This document shows positions 11,610-26,300 of a DNA stretch of 64,000 bases, piece after piece. Position numbers and translations under genes: made by a program. The notes beneath the pieces are model-generated. The model worked only from the letters and a program-made list of their open reading frames with translations, had not been told where the DNA came from and made no database searches. The stretch is from Dicyema japonicum (lineage: Eukaryota > Animalia > Dicyemida), in contig RDEW01000001.1 of assembly GCA_011109175.1 (NCBI GenBank), forward strand, positions 245,343-309,342. The letters are read 5' to 3'. Positions within the stretch are counted from its first letter, which is position 1. Each line of letters starts with the position of its first letter.

Positions 11610-12655
11610 TACAGCACGACCCGCCCCAATAGAAAAGTGCCCCGAATATAGAGGGTATATATAATTCTTACATTTTAAAACGATTATTTGTATTTTTAAT
11701 AACAAAATATGTTGTTTCGATTGCGTATTAGACATGTGTGCCATAGAGGGACGTCACCACCTCAACCAAAAATCGGACAGGAGGGGATGGGAAAGGCTAA
11801 TTAAGAGGATTGTTCGGACGCGGCACGAATAGAATTATAGTTTATATGATTCTATGTAGTTGCTTATAATAATAATAATAATGTTGTTTCGATAAAAAAG
11901 AGGATTTAATTTATGTGAAATAATCAGTTATTTGAACCAAGTATTATACTTTTTTCTTAGAATTTTTGAAATTTTTATTCAGAATTCATAGTATTCTTTG
12001 AGCCTTTCAGGGCAAGTATTGAATAAAGAAGTTTCGAGATTATTCATTATTGAATCTTTTAAACATAACCCTTCAATGTCATCATTTTCATTACAAGTTC
12101 TATTATCTTCAATTCCGTTTATTTCAAATTCAATTAACCCTGAGACATGTTTATCAATTAATTCAGAAGTTTGAATATTCTTGAAATTTGTGGCACGGTG
12201 CATTATCCATATGTTTTTTGACCATTTCAAAGTTTATTTTTGTAACCATTTATCAAAAATATCAGTCGTCATCCAATCATTTTTGACGCTGTGTACAAAA
12301 CCTAAAAATAACCTAATGAAATATACCCCATAATCCTCAGAACTTCTTAAATGAGAGTTCATCAGAGCATAATTGTGTTTTTGATACCCCTTTCCGATTT
12401 CTTTTTTAGTTCGTGAGACAGTTCCTTTAACAATATTGTATAATTGACAAATTTTTTTTTCTGACATATTTTCTTTCGTTAAAGAATCGGAAATCTTCTG
12501 TTTCAGGTGGCGACTAAGCTTCGCAGGCATGATTAAAAATATTTTAAAATTAATTAAATATTTAAAAATGAAATAATAAATTTTAATATTATCGATTGAA
12601 AAAGTGCCCAATAAGCAGGGTTTGTATTTTAAATTTAGGCTTCTATTGGTCAAAA
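11610..12655 (-). mobile_element. Internally deleted pogo/Tigger-like DNA transposon
   Basis: CENP-B-type HTH start (MPAKLSRHLKQKI..ICQLYNIVKGTVSR) fused to a DDE_1 motif (NDWMTTDIFDKWL). TA-CAG end at 11610-11614; subterminal aaagtgccc..ata..aggg motif near both ends. Confidence 0.65.
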
Positions 12656-12699
12656 ATTTTTGATTGAGGTGGTGACGTGCCTCTCTTGCACCTATGTCT

Positions 12700-14755
12700 G
12701 CAAAGGATTCAGAACAAATAATGACCTGACCATCCTAACCTTCAATGTCAGAGGCCTGAATAACGTGGCTAAGAGGCAGCTTCTATGTTCCGATGTTGAG
12801 AAATACCGGGGTTCTGTATGCTGCCTGCAGGAGACTAAAATAAAAAATGGACTCGATGAAACACATGCAAATTACAGGTTACTATTGCTTTCCTCGGAAT
12901 CGAGGCATTATGGACAAGGCTTTGCCATACACAAGGACTATATTCCCAGAGTATATCGTTACTGGAAAGTCAATGACAGAATCAGTGTCTTACAACTACG
13001 TACAAGATCAAGCAGAAATTCGAGGAGACTAATCTCAATTATCAACGTTTACGCACCACACAGTGGACGTATCCTAAAAAATCCCGAAGAACTTGACCTG
13101 TTCTACAAGGAATTGGGAAGGACATTAACAGACTGCTGTTCATTATACTTATTGTTTATTGCCCGGGACTGGAATGCGAAAATGGGAACCTGTAGAGGAA
13201 ATGAAAGCTTCATTGGCCAGCACGGAAGAGGAATCAGAAACTTCCCCGGAACCATCTTGGCAGAGTTTTGCCAGGCATTTGATCTGTTCCTATGTAATAC
13301 TGGTTTCCAACTTCCCGCACGTCATAAAACGACATGGACTGGGCAACGACTTCTACCTATCAAAGGCTCTATTAACATTTTCAATCAAATCGACTACATC
13401 ATCTGTCGAGTCAAAGAAAAATCACTCCTACGTGACTCGAGGTCTTACGGAGGTGTAGCTATCGACAGTGATCAAAAGATAGTCTCTGCCAAGTTTACAA
13501 TGAGGACTTTGACTGACCTAATAAGAAGAGAGCCAAAAGTAGATGTAGGAAGAAGCTATAAAATGGAACTACTGTGTTACTCTACATCGATCAGAGACAA
13601 CTACCAAATATCAATTACGAAATTTCTCAGAAACCTGGATCCCAGACTTTTTCTAGGAGGCACCTGGGCGGAGACAATGAAAGGGATCTTCTCGGCAGCA
13701 AATGGGAGTATCGGAACCTGGTCCCAGCACTGTTTAAAAAATGTATACATCCAGATGTTCCCCCTCATTAAGAACAAAGGGAACTAAGGATTACAACTGG
13801 AAATACGTCTGATCCGGACAGGAAACAAATCTTGAAGTCTAAGAAGATCCACCCAGAAAACCATAAAGATTTTGAATAAGAAGCACGCCACTAACCTACT
13901 ACTTGATCAACTCTATGTTTATAAAAAAGAATACCCAGCTTTTGGATCCGGACTATTAACACCAATACAAAAACCTAACAAGCATGCTGGGTTTTTGAAA
14001 ACCTACGTCCAATAATCCTGCTAAACACCTTACGGAAACTTCTGGCATTAGTTACGCTGAACCGAATCAGAGAACAAGTGGACAACTATCTATCTCCTAG
14101 TCACAGTGGATTCAGGACAGGAAGATCCACTGCAGATGTAGTATGGAGCCACAAGTGGCGCTGCGCTATCAACCAGAGATTTGAAAGTGCAACGACAGTC
14201 TAGACCTCTCTAGGGCCTTTGACACGGTCCTTCGTGGTCTACTTCTCAAGATACTGAAACAATTCTTGGACCCAGATTCTGTCAATATGATCAGAGTGTT
14301 GCTATCTAACACGAAGCACAGAGTGCGGGTCGGTAAGACGTTATCCCGTGAATTTACGTGCAATGTTGGTACTCCCCAGGGAAATTCCTTCTCGCCCCTG
14401 CTATTTATCATATATCTGAAGGCAGCACTACGAGATCTTCTGAAGTTCTATGATGGCAACATCGTCGAAATTGCCTATGAGGACGACGTCGACTTTGTGT
14501 CAGAAGACAAATCTGCCTACTTCGACTTCTCGAGCTGGCCCCTGCTGAGCTGAACAGATGGTTCCTTGGAATGAATATTGCAAAAACTGACATTGTGGAA
14601 ATCAGGAGAATGGAAAGCAGATCAAGTGAAACATGGCGAAAAACAAACAAACTTGGCTTTTTACTTGGAGACAGTCAAGATATTGCCAGAAAGAAAGCCC
14701 TCACTTGGGTAACGATGAACAAGTTGAAGAAAGAGTGAATTGACAAACGACGATC
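12700..14755 (+). mobile_element. RTE-clade LINE: intact APE endonuclease ORF (12660-13787), RT deleted and degenerate
   Basis: TFNVRGL, CLQETK, INVYAP, DWNAK, QIDYI, DSDQ; later SRAFDTV, GTPQGNSFSPLLFIIY, AYEDD. Confidence 0.9.
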
Positions 14756-14849
14756 CTGTGAAAAATCCTATCTCCTTCTCCTGGAGACGTGGATTGTGTC
14801 TTGCATTTAGTCCAGGACTGACATCGATTATTGCCCATAAATAGAATTT

Positions 14850-15690
14850 GAAAAAATGTCAGCTAACTACGACGTTTTATTCAATCAAATTTGGATATTG
14901 CCTTAATTCTAGAGGCGAAACTAACTCATAAAAACGTGACTCCATTTTTTCCAGAATATTCCGTCTTCCATAGAGACAGAAAATATAGAAAAGGTGGAGG
15001 AATCAGATCAATGTAGTGGAGTTATCAAACAGGATATTGATTTTTTCAAAACTGTGATACCTCCCCAACCCGGTCCCTCAAGGATCTCTACACTATCAAT
15101 GGTACTATTCAATCTATTTACAAGCAACCTTTAAACTCTCAAAACACCATGCCGAAGATCTCATTGTGGCACCGTGATCACAAAGATGCTACGCAGAGGG
15201 TTCAAGAGATCCTCGACAATAGGAATCCTGGTTTCTCAAGAACCGCATGGACACTTCTCCTGGGAAGTCGAACACTAGCTATCTCTTTCTATTACCAGTT
15301 TACTTGAATGGAGAACTGACCTCGATAAGAAGAACCTCTCTATCCGTGGAGTCACATTCGACCCTCTGATGACGTTTTGCATCATGTGCATACATTAGTT
15401 TCTCGAGTCCAAAAAAAAGGGATCCTCAAAACCTTAGCTAGATCTCCAAAGTTTTTTCCTAGAATTATACAATATATCCTAACGTAACCGAATTACATCC
15501 CCCTGTTAAATACACTAAATGTCACAAAAATGATGGAACATCTCGCGGACAGACAGAATAACTTCTTAAAAATGGCTAGGTCTTCTGGAAGCCCCCTTGA
15601 AGAGGACATTTTTGCGTACCATGAGAATGCTCGTAAATTGGACACTCGTAAAAAATTCCAGATAACCCCGAAACAGAAGGAGATGCTGAA
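14850..15690 (+). mobile_element. Highly deleted LINE remnant (APE start joined to post-RT region)
   Basis: LDIALILEAKL..YSVFHRDRKYRKGGGI, then LPVYLNGE..GVTFDPLMTF. Confidence 0.55.
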
Positions 15691-16979
15691 TTTATAAATT
15701 ACTTTTATTAATATCAGTCGATTGTTGCCCCAGTTTGAATCTGTACATTACCCCCACCTCCATTTATGAGTCTGTGTACGTCCGATTGGAACTTTTTTAT
15801 TTTATTCAAAAACCAGTGATCCAGCCACTATCGGGGACCACATTTTTTAGGCATTTGAATATTTATCATTTATATTGATCTTCCATAAATCTTTGAACCT
15901 CCATAGTTCGACCTCACTGACATGTATAGACAGCTACAAGCGTCAACCTGAGTGTTGTGAGCATCCCTTAGAATCATTGACGGTCATAAAAGTATTTGAT
16001 TGGTAATGTCACCAAATTGGTCAGGAAAGGTAACCTTAACCAGGATATCGAGCAGATTTGCGATAGGATTCTTATGAAACCTCAATCAAGAGTTTACTTC
16101 AAATCTTCTATTGGCGGGGATCTTCTGGGCCTTCTCACTAATGGAATAAAACAATATTTTCTCAGTGACTGTGGACACTGTGCTAATAGCATTTATCGCA
16201 TTAGTTTTTAGAATTCCCTCCCAATCAAAGCAGTTATTAAACCCAATATTTTACAAGTTAGCTCAACCCCCCTCAAATATTACTCAGATAAACGTGGTAG
16301 CGTAATCTGAAAGGCCATTATAAGGACTATCCGTAAACGTTCATTTATTCAAATAAAACTCAAGCAGTCTGCATTCTCTAAGCTTCCTCAGGAAAGCTAG
16401 CATCTCCCGTTAATAGAACTGCTTCAACTGTAGATTTGATGGGTCAATTATTTTATAGGAACAAAACAGCCGATCATTCAGAATTCCAAATTCTTTTTTA
16501 ATATATTTACCCCCCGTCTTTTCAAGTGAAGTTAACTGGTGGATGACAAGATAGTAACTACCAAAAGCGGACAGTTCAGCATTCAAGTATGTCTGGTGTG
16601 GAGCAGAAATTGAAGGAGAAACAAAAAATATCAAGTCTTCTAGTCTGCTAGAAGGCAGGAGAGGCACGACATCTATTGTCGATTTTGTTTATGTAGTCTA
16701 GTAAAGCCATATCTGTAAAAGGTGGTCCACGTTGATATAAATTGGTTTTAGGAGTGCGAACTTTGTGGGCTTCATGTGGATAATCTGCTTGTGAAGAAAA
16801 CTGCCCATATTTGTAATAAACAAACCCAACCTCTGACCAGTACCAAATGACCGCCGAATAATTTAATTGGTGGTGACTAAAGGACGAATAACAAGATACC
16901 ATTCCCAGATATCATTGAAACATTAACTTAGCTCTTCATTAAAACAAAGCATAGATTTTTGTTAATTCATAAAAGTGTT

Positions 16980-17127
16980 TTAATAGAGCCTTTTCACGAG
17001 AGCCATAGTATTTATAGCTCCGCATAGGCAGGACACACACTTTATTTAAGTAAAGAACAGCTAATTTTAACTAATCGTAGAACCAAGGAATGATCTTCAC
17101 TTTTTTTTTTTCTTGTGTGAGTGTCCT
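16980..17127 (-). mobile_element. 5'-truncated copy of the tRNA-derived SINE at 36611
   Basis: Reverse complement matches about 36776-36922; flanked by the 10-bp direct repeat taaaagtgtt (16970-16979 and 17128-17137). Confidence 0.85.
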
Positions 17128-17869
17128 TAAAAGTGTTCCACCTCATTAAAGAAATAATAATTAATTTTTTTCAATAATTATATTATTTATTGGAAGAAAA
17201 TCATAAATCTTAATTCATTCAAAATATTATGTTTCAAGACAAATTTTTTTCCATAATATCACCGTTAAGCTTAGAAAATACAAACTAAGTGATTTAGGGT
17301 CTCAGATTGTCTCGTTGTTCCTTCCTTGATCCGTTGGTTTCCTAATCATTTTGGATCTCCAGGGGTGTCGTTTTGTCTCCGTTTTGTCCGTAGACAACTT
17401 CCCTTTTTAGTGTAGGCAGAAATTTCTGAGAACTAGTCTAAGAGATCGAAACCCCCCATGAGGTCATGCATATGAAATGAATGACTCAATAAATTGAAGT
17501 AAAGCTTTTTTATTTCCGATTTTGCATAACCGTTAAATTAAAGTAGGTTGATTTTTCTCCAATTTGCTTGTCACACTTACCACGTTCAAAGAGACACAAA
17601 ATTTGTATCAAAGATAACTCAGTGGATTCTTTGTCATTAAGTGGTTTTTCCATCTACTTCAATTGAGTTGTTTGGAGTAAAATACTTTACAGATGTCAAC
17701 TGAGAATAATAAGGTCTTATGATGTTTGTGCATGTGGGATAAACCAGAGCAATTAAGGTCCCTCAGAGAGAGGAGGTTAATTGTAGATAATCTATTAATT
17801 TTGAATCAATGCTGGAACGGTTTATCAGGAAGAAATTCGTTGACTTTCAAAACAACAATCTTCTAAACG

Positions 17870-18300
17870 TTTTAGACTGGATCGGAGATGGGTCCTTTTT
17901 CGGCTTTCCAGTATTCAATATTGGCCAAATGTTCTCAAGTTACCATAATGTTGAAATTTAATTATGACTTTTATAAAATTATAGACTTTGGGCAGTGTAG
18001 TGATTCTTCAATTCCCAAGATTTTTCAAGACCAGGATGGAAATCTCAGTAAGTCCTTGTAACCCCCTTCGGTTTTCTAAATACGAGGTTGGATGCTTCAG
18101 TCATCTTATGGTTAGTGGGCAATTTTTTACGTATTATTTTCTCAGGAATTTAGGTCCTTTCGCTGTAGTTGTCATCTTCAGACATCGGCTGATTAAAAGA
18201 ACCCATATCCATTCCTGGGTTTCATCGTTCAGGGATTTAAGACTGCTTCGAAAGAAATCTCCCCTCCTTCTAGACGACTTATATCTTTGACTATAGTCAC
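17870..18300 (-). mobile_element. Degenerate LINE RT fragment
   Basis: The minus strand gives WPILNTGKPKKDPS (cf. PILKPGK..DPSSYRPI) amid stops. Confidence 0.35.
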
Positions 18301-19069
18301 CCTTCCGAGCCCATTCGTATGACTGATGTGTCTTTTTGGGAGGTCATTGAAATTACTTCCAGAATAACATGACTAGTATAGGTGACTACCTTCCAAGAGG
18401 AATAAAGTTCTCCGATGTAGATAAGCCAAACGACTGTCCGTAAAACCCAGAATGATCAGTCAGCGAGTTTGTAGATACAAGACGGATTACTCTCTCAAGA
18501 AGATCCCTTTGATCTTCAATAAAATAAATTTATGGTTACTTCTGACGTCATAAATGACGGACCAATTTGTTTTAGAAAGAAGTTGGGAACGGAATGTAAT
18601 GTCTGACAAGGTTAATTGAGGTCCTGTAAAAAGTTCTCATGTTTTTGGAAAAGTCATTGAAGATTACAGTGAGCCCGTCTGCGGCGGCAGTAAATTTCCT
18701 TTTACATCGGCGGGTTGGCTTGATGGAGTTTCAGATCTCCACCAATCAAGTCGCAGGTGAAGCTCCGATCGGCTTATGTTAAATCAAAAAAATAGGGGTA
18801 GTGTCAATAAGCGATACCTTCTGTCAATCTTGAATTTTAAAATAAGTACTTTTCAATAATTTTCACTTTAACTATGTTCACAATCAGTTGATCATTTGGC
18901 ATTTGTCGGTCGGGCACGAGTTGTTTTAGGGAAAAGAGCTAATGGTTCTTTTTCGCGATGTAGCAAATGATCCCACTGCTCCATCAAAACCTTCGCGACT
19001 GATGAATCACATGACGCAACTTTGAAAATTAAATTTTGGTGCACCACAAGACGGACTCTCATTAATTGA

Positions 19070-20200
19070 ATTTATTATTTTTATCAGAAAATAACCCCAC
19101 TTTATTTAACAAACAATAAAAAAAAAAAGTTAATATATTTAATCAACAACCTTCCTCGCCTGCCTGTTCGCCAGCCTCCTCAGGCAGGTTCGATTCTGGT
19201 TGCTGAAACAACTCCGAGAGCGCATTGTCATATTGAACCCTCTGCCCATATGGCATCTCAGAGCTCTGCCTCCTATACTCCAGTGTCAAGCTCTCTAGGG
19301 TCCGCTTTAACACAGTGGACTGTAGATAGGCCTGGAGCTTCCTATCACCCCCAACTGCTTCAGATAACCCTTGTGGTACTTTGTTGCAATTCCTTCCCAC
19401 GTCATTACTATAGGAATAACGAGGACCTTGCAACCAAACGTCTGCCCCATCTCGTTTGCAAGAAAGTCATACTTCCTTTTTTTCTCCACCTCCACAGTCT
19501 GCAAACGGTCTTGAGACGTGATGCCAATCTCTATGATAAGGACTTGGCCAGACTCCTTATCGTGTACTAAAATGTCCTGTTTATTGTGCTTGACTAGCAC
19601 CGAGATACGGATAACACTGTTTACCATTACTTGGACCTTGGTGTTCTCAACTACAGATTGCACCTTATAGTCCGCAACTTTCTGGTGTGGCGAATACCGT
19701 ACTTATTTCATAGTAGGGGAGGAAGAATCCATACTACCTCATTATATTTCAAACATAGTCTTGGCAGAGCATGGATCAGCACCGAGTGGCTAAATAATCA
19801 ACCGACATTTTCCTTGACATATAACGGAGATATTTATTTGTTGATCGACACCAAAAAATATTGCGGTCTTGCATACACGTGTACAACGCCTCCGATCAAG
19901 GTGAGTTGTCACCGTATTTTAGCCATATTGTCGACGACTTAAGGTCGACATGTGGGTTGTCCAATGCTCTGAAGAGGACCTTATGAAGGCTTTTTAAGTT
20001 GATCTTTTCCATCAAATTATTATATTGTAATTCGATCAACGCCTTCACATTTACTAGCCCACCATCATCAACACCATACTTAGCAGACAAAAAAGGTCTG
20101 ATAGTGCCTAGGTGGTTGCCCGTGTTTTCTCGGTCGTTATTATGGCGTGCTTCCTAGTCTCATCTAGTGTCATAGTCCACAAATATCACAGTTCTTCCAT
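19070..20200 (-). mobile_element. 3' part of an RLE-type (R4/Dong-like) non-LTR retrotransposon
   Basis: Restriction-like endonuclease motif HNKQDILVHDK..LIIEIGIT..EVEKKRKYDFL, preceded by a degenerate zinc-knuckle region and LHKVLF..STIWLKYG; frameshifted. Confidence 0.85.
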
Positions 20201-20337
20201 ATATCACGTTGGAGAGTCAGTAACGTAATCAGGAGCGTCGCATCATAGTTTGTGACTAGTCTCAAACTTAGAAGAGGTTGAAGGATCACATTATTAATAA
20301 GAGAATATCATGTTAGTTTATGTGAGTCAGTCACGTG

Positions 20338-23300
20338 TTAAAATTTAAATATATTTGACGAGACCTTAGCAAAGAAAAACTTCCAAATAACAGCGGAAGC
20401 AATTCCAACGAATGCCACGGATCCCAACGAAATTCCAAGAATGAGCGGGAGTTTATTGGATCCTCACTTTAAAATAAACCAATCCATTACCGGTCCTCCA
20501 TATACGACTTTGTCCTCATAAATTAAGCTTGTAAGGGCAGCACTCTGATCCGCAAAATGTAAAATATTATTTTGCTTTAAGAATGCGGCAAACAGAGTGC
20601 CAGCATCGTCCATTTCGGTGATATTTCCTTCAATCACCACAGTGACCCTGAATGTCCCTTAACTTAACTAGATTAGCTGTACCGGGGGATAGTTGGAAAT
20701 TCACAAAATTGATATCCGAAAAGTTCAAACTGATGTAATTAAACAAGGTGGCTTCAATCTGGAGAGGATTGACTTGGAGGTGGGAGATATTTCTGTCTAA
20801 TTCCATGACTATTGGTTTACTGACCGATAAATTCCAGTCAAAGTCTAAATCACAAAAAACGAAGACTGCTGTTGTGGACTCGAATGATTCTGCTTTGTGT
20901 GGAAATATTGTAGTCGTTGGGATGACTTGCAACCTGAACATTCAGGATATAAAATCCAATCTGAGAAAGTGGATAATATGAGACGTTTAAAGATCCATTG
21001 ACGATTTGCTGTTGGATGGGAGCTAATCGAGTATATTGGAACACTTTGGTGTCGGCAACGTCGATCTGGTATGTCCAATTTGAAATCTGAGGTGTACTAC
21101 AAATATACCCTCCACGATAAATTACTGATCGTCGCATTTTCGATGATGTTGAGGACTTTGATGAAACCAGATATCGGTTGGTTTATGAAGACTGTGGACT
21201 GATTGAGGAGTAAGTCAACGAAAAGCCGTCTTTTTAGAATATTTAGGGGACCAATGGAGGCTATGAATGAACTGTTCAGGGACTGGAACTATAAACACGG
21301 AAAAACCCGGAAAGTGAAATTTAAGTTATTTCCGTAAAATGGAATTCGGAGTGATGAGAAGTTAGCCGCCCCCGATATGAAACTGGCTAGGAACTGTCTC
21401 CCACTGATGACGTGGCCATTGGCGGAAATTTCAAGTTGAATCTTCCACGGGTCATACATTGAGCCGAGGATCCCCAAAGTCGCATTCTAATATATCACCA
21501 ACTACAAACATTTGGGTCCAGCATAATTAACGAAAACCAGGTTGACGAGACCGACTCTTCGTAGATTACGGATGGCCGGGATATTATGAGCAATTTGTCG
21601 GGAATCAAGATTACCTGTAGAGAATTTTGATATTGCCCCCACATGGATGTATAAGTTGGGGGAATTGGCTCTAAAATCGATAGGGTTGATATCTTAAAGT
21701 AATTCCCAGTTGTACAGAAATGTTCAGAATGGTCGAGAGACCAGTACTCTGGGCTGTGTTCAAAATAATGGAGGATATATTCTGCATTTGTTGGTCAGAC
21801 AAAAAATTCGTCGAGTTTGCGGTCTCGTTGGCTAAATTCGAAATTTCAATCAAAAAAATGTGATTTATCCTCCGACCTTTTGGCTCGGTTAGAGGACGTC
21901 TCACGGACTACATTTACGACTCTGACTTTGCTGGGGGATACTCCGAGGAATGATATTAAATTTTGTAAAACATTGGAACCGAAAAAGTCAATCTCAGAGA
22001 CGACCGATGACACTCCAATGATAACACTTTCCGTAAATTCGATGTCGACAGCCTGTGACCCCTCAAGCCGACTTGGAGGTATTTTGTGGAACGATTTCTA
22101 TACTTCCCACCAGAAATAGTTGTAGTGGGGGTAATCATGCGATCTATAAATAGTACACACTACCACTACCACTGGGGAATATAGGCACTCCGTCGATGGA
22201 GACGTTTGTCCCCTGAACTCTGTCAAAAAAGTATTCCACGACTAATTTGTCCTCAGAGTTGGCATTCAATAGTCTCAGTCTCAGATGGCGGTGCAGATGA
22301 TGTCATAAATAACTGATAAACTCTCCCTATAAAATATCCCCCAATCACTAGCAACCGGTGGAAACAATAGCATAAAACGTGGATATCCTCAATTGGCAGG
22401 TATATCCATTACACCAGCCATGATCAGCCGGTCCATTAATAAGATCAACATATCCCCCACTTCTGATGGCGATCGGGGACAACCTCCTCTTTTCTGTGTC
22501 ACTATCCATGCTCTCAATAACTAGTATGCGATATTTATCCCCACAACAGTTGTACGCCTTCCAAACAGGATTGTAAGTACAGTTCGAATTCCTTATTATT
22601 CCTGTTTGTGTCAAATTCAGAGATACCCAAGTGCTGTCTCACGTGGTTGATTGGAATCTGAGAGCCATTGGGAAATATCTTCATGCTCGTTGGAAGTCGG
22701 TAATCTCCAGTCCCCCTACTTCTATCTCCATTCCAGGCAAATTCAGACTTCGGAAAAGCAGCACAGTCCCTAGAACCGAGGAGAGTCCCATCAAGGTCAT
22801 TTATGAGTGTCTTCTTATTCCCATCACAGTCCATATCGACGCAGTCTGAAGGATTCACCTTTCTAAGATATAACTCAAATATACCCCAATGGGGGTAAGG
22901 TCATAAACAGATATTTGTCCGTTGAGATGTTGTATAAGCGGATATTTGACGTTCTTATCGGATGTTGGAAGTCATAACTCAATTTACTCGACATTATCAA
23001 CCCATCGTCAGTGGAACAACTTACTGCACCATTACTGCTCACATCCAGATCTAGTCATCAGAATAGCATAGGACCGGATAAAGTCATGAGTCCCCCCAAT
23101 GAAGGGTACGCCATTGGGTTGTTCCAATCTTTATAAGCACCCGGTAAACCCTCTGAAATGAAATTTGGAAAGAACAGTCCAACTCTGACATTTCTGTTAA
23201 TAGAACTCACGCTGGAAGAAGCCAGAGTGGAGCTCTAAGGATGAAGCTATAATTTTACAATTCTGCTGAGGACATGTAATACTAAGCCGTTTTGTGTTAT

Positions 23301-26300
23301 ATCCCTTATTACAGCCTTTTATGACTCAATCACGTTATAAGATGACGTGGAGATTACAATCTCTTCACCAATGCTCCAATCGACGGCGTCTTCTAAGTAA
23401 ATGGTCCTCTCTCCGGAAACAGCAGTTCTATTAAGCGCCGTGAAGTAAATGTTGTGATCAACACCGTGAAGATCTACTCCACCAAAAGAGGCTAAATATA
23501 GGTAATTTGATACCAATGACTTTAGTCCCCACAACAGATCCCACAATTCTTGGAAATGTTTGAGAATTGATGTTTTCTCTCAGAACAATGTCCAGTCTTC
23601 CCTGAAAGGCGTTGTCTTCTATCTCCGCTATGATACGTCCCCCTCTTATGAAGATCACTCCGCTGACAAACAAAATCTCGATATCCAGAGCGCGTTGAAT
23701 TATCAATTCCGTCAAATTTAAGAACTCCATACACGTGTAACTCTTTCAATGTTGGAAAAGCCACATCTGCTAAAACCCACGTGCCTGAATAATTAAGCGT
23801 GAAATTAACCGGCAGATATCACGACGACACTCCCATTGGATGGCATACCACCACCTGAACTTAAACTTGCGTTCCACTGATTATTTGTGTAACTCCAAAT
23901 ATTTCTGTTTGACTATCTGACATAATTGTTGGGTCTATTTCGTTGCGGGGGGAGGTTTGTAGAAACTGGGGGAGGCTCACATTTCGGGTAGAAGCATCGG
24001 TACGCATTAAATCTGACCCAAAATCTTCGAATAGACGAATACATGTGACACTGCTCGTTCTGGGGGACATCACTATTAATTAGCTTTTGACCCACCAATA
24101 TAGCTTAAAACATTCCTGGAGGAGTTATAATACCAATCTCCTTATTGTTAGTCTCCACATTCAGGGGAAGCAGGGACATTGAACGGTTAACAGTGGAAGT
24201 CGTGAAAACTCGATCGGGTTTCTCCCTCATAGACTGATACACAATGATATAACCCCCACTCTGCGCATGAAATCAATTCAAACCATTAAGTGATCTACCG
24301 CTGCTTTGTAGGAAATATTTATTGAACTCGACTCGACTGGGAATTGCAGAAACACATTGTCATTTGCCGGGACAACAGCATTCATCCTAGAGGGGAGGTC
24401 ATCCTCTTCTCTGCAAAATAGCTCGTTTCGTTGCCGTATTTCACGATTATCTTGGCATTCCTCGCTAAATAGAGGGTCGGGAGGATATCTGGCATTAAAG
24501 CGAATGAAACCGTTAAATGATAATCTCGCAAAGCTGTACCTTCTGAGGACAGAAGGATGACTGTATTCCTTGTGTATTTTGGGTATTCGTAACACAATCA
24601 GATGGGACCAAATTGGAATAGGGGACAATATTTGTCACCGAACCAGTCTGGGACCCGTCAGAGTCTGCAATGACTCCCTCGTGTATCCAATTCCATTTAT
24701 ATCTATTATTTGAATTTGTAAAGTGAATGTTTCTAATTAAATAGAGAAATCCTGCAAAAGTTAAGGAAGCTCAACTCCCACGAGTAGGTAGAGCTGGTGC
24801 CATCAATCTTTGCTTGGTAAAAGCACGAATATCCGGATTCGTTGTAATTATAGAACTTTATGTTATTCAGAGTTAATCCATTTGATAGGGAAGGACTACC
24901 CCATACCCTGAAGAAACGGGGGTTACTCCAGGAATGTAAGCTAAATCCGTATCATCAACGGTCTACCAATAATATCACTGTTATTGAGGAAAGGTCCTCG
25001 ACTTGAGTATTCCACGCTGAAGGAATTCCTCATCATTTCGATATTTGCGACTTTATTGGCGATAGTAACAAATTGTCAAATTGTAAAGCTCCCCCGTTTG
25101 CCCACTCGGCTCGTTTTTGATTGTTCCACGAAGTAAAATTTGTAAATCTCGCAACAGTGGGATTTCCATTTTTTCTCCCATCCACACGTGGGTAATAACT
25201 TGAGTAAATACCAAGGAAACTCCTTCGAAAATCCATATTCCGTACCACCCCTGAGAGTGAACCTCGTTCCCTCAAATATTCCTATTTGTCCGTTATTAGG
25301 AGCCACCGAGGGGTCATACGAAGGTCCGTCCACGGTTTTATGCAATCTGTACCTTTCAATAAATATCAGAGACATACCAAAAACCAAAATGAGTGCCTCC
25401 TGCTACTGTGTTATATCTGACTATATTATTTGGATTTGTGAGCCAATAACCAGCGGGGGTTACGTCGTCATTTAATAAGCTGGAACTTCGCTTGACATAC
25501 ACGTGCAAGTTGTACTCAAAGACGTTGTGGGTTTCAATCCCATCCTCTAGGAAAAATGCCCCGCCCATTATGTTGTAATTGACATTCCTTCTTACTGTGA
25601 TCCCATGCGTTCCTTGGAGGGGGTTAACGCATAACATACCGTGAATGTTAACAGCTCTGTTGAAACTCTCGTGAATAGCACACCCGTTGACGTAGGAATG
25701 TCTATTCCACCCCGAAAGGTGAAAATGTATTGGATATCGTCCCAGACGAAAGGCTTGGCCGACGTAGTTGAACTCAACATGTGAGATCCTCACAATTGCT
25801 TCGTCCATACCCGGATGTCTTGGAGCTATCATGACTGTTCCCCCAAATTGATCATTCCCTATTTCATCTCCCTCTCTTCCTTGAAAACAAGTCTGTACCG
25901 CGAATTGTCCTAGAATATGGTAATCACGGAATCCTACCCAACTTGAACTCATCAGGACATCTTTCTATCTTAAAGGAATAATTCAGATTTCTTGTCCCCT
26001 TGATTTTAACATTTCTTGTAAGGAGACCCACCTTGGCTCGCAAATTCACTGTCTTTCCTCGTGCATAGTTATAAGTGTAGGCAAGCTTGTGATATTTTTA
26101 AACTGATCAATCTACTTGATTGGGTCCTAAAGGGTGATTGTGGTCCGATTGGGGGATATATTTGCAATTTTATGAACTTCATTTTCTCTTGCGCTGTTCA
26201 TATCGCCGGTACTCGCAATCACGATGGTCTCATTAACCTTGACTTGACCCAATAAACATACATTCCAATCGACTGGGTCTTGAAGTTCTAGGACCATATC

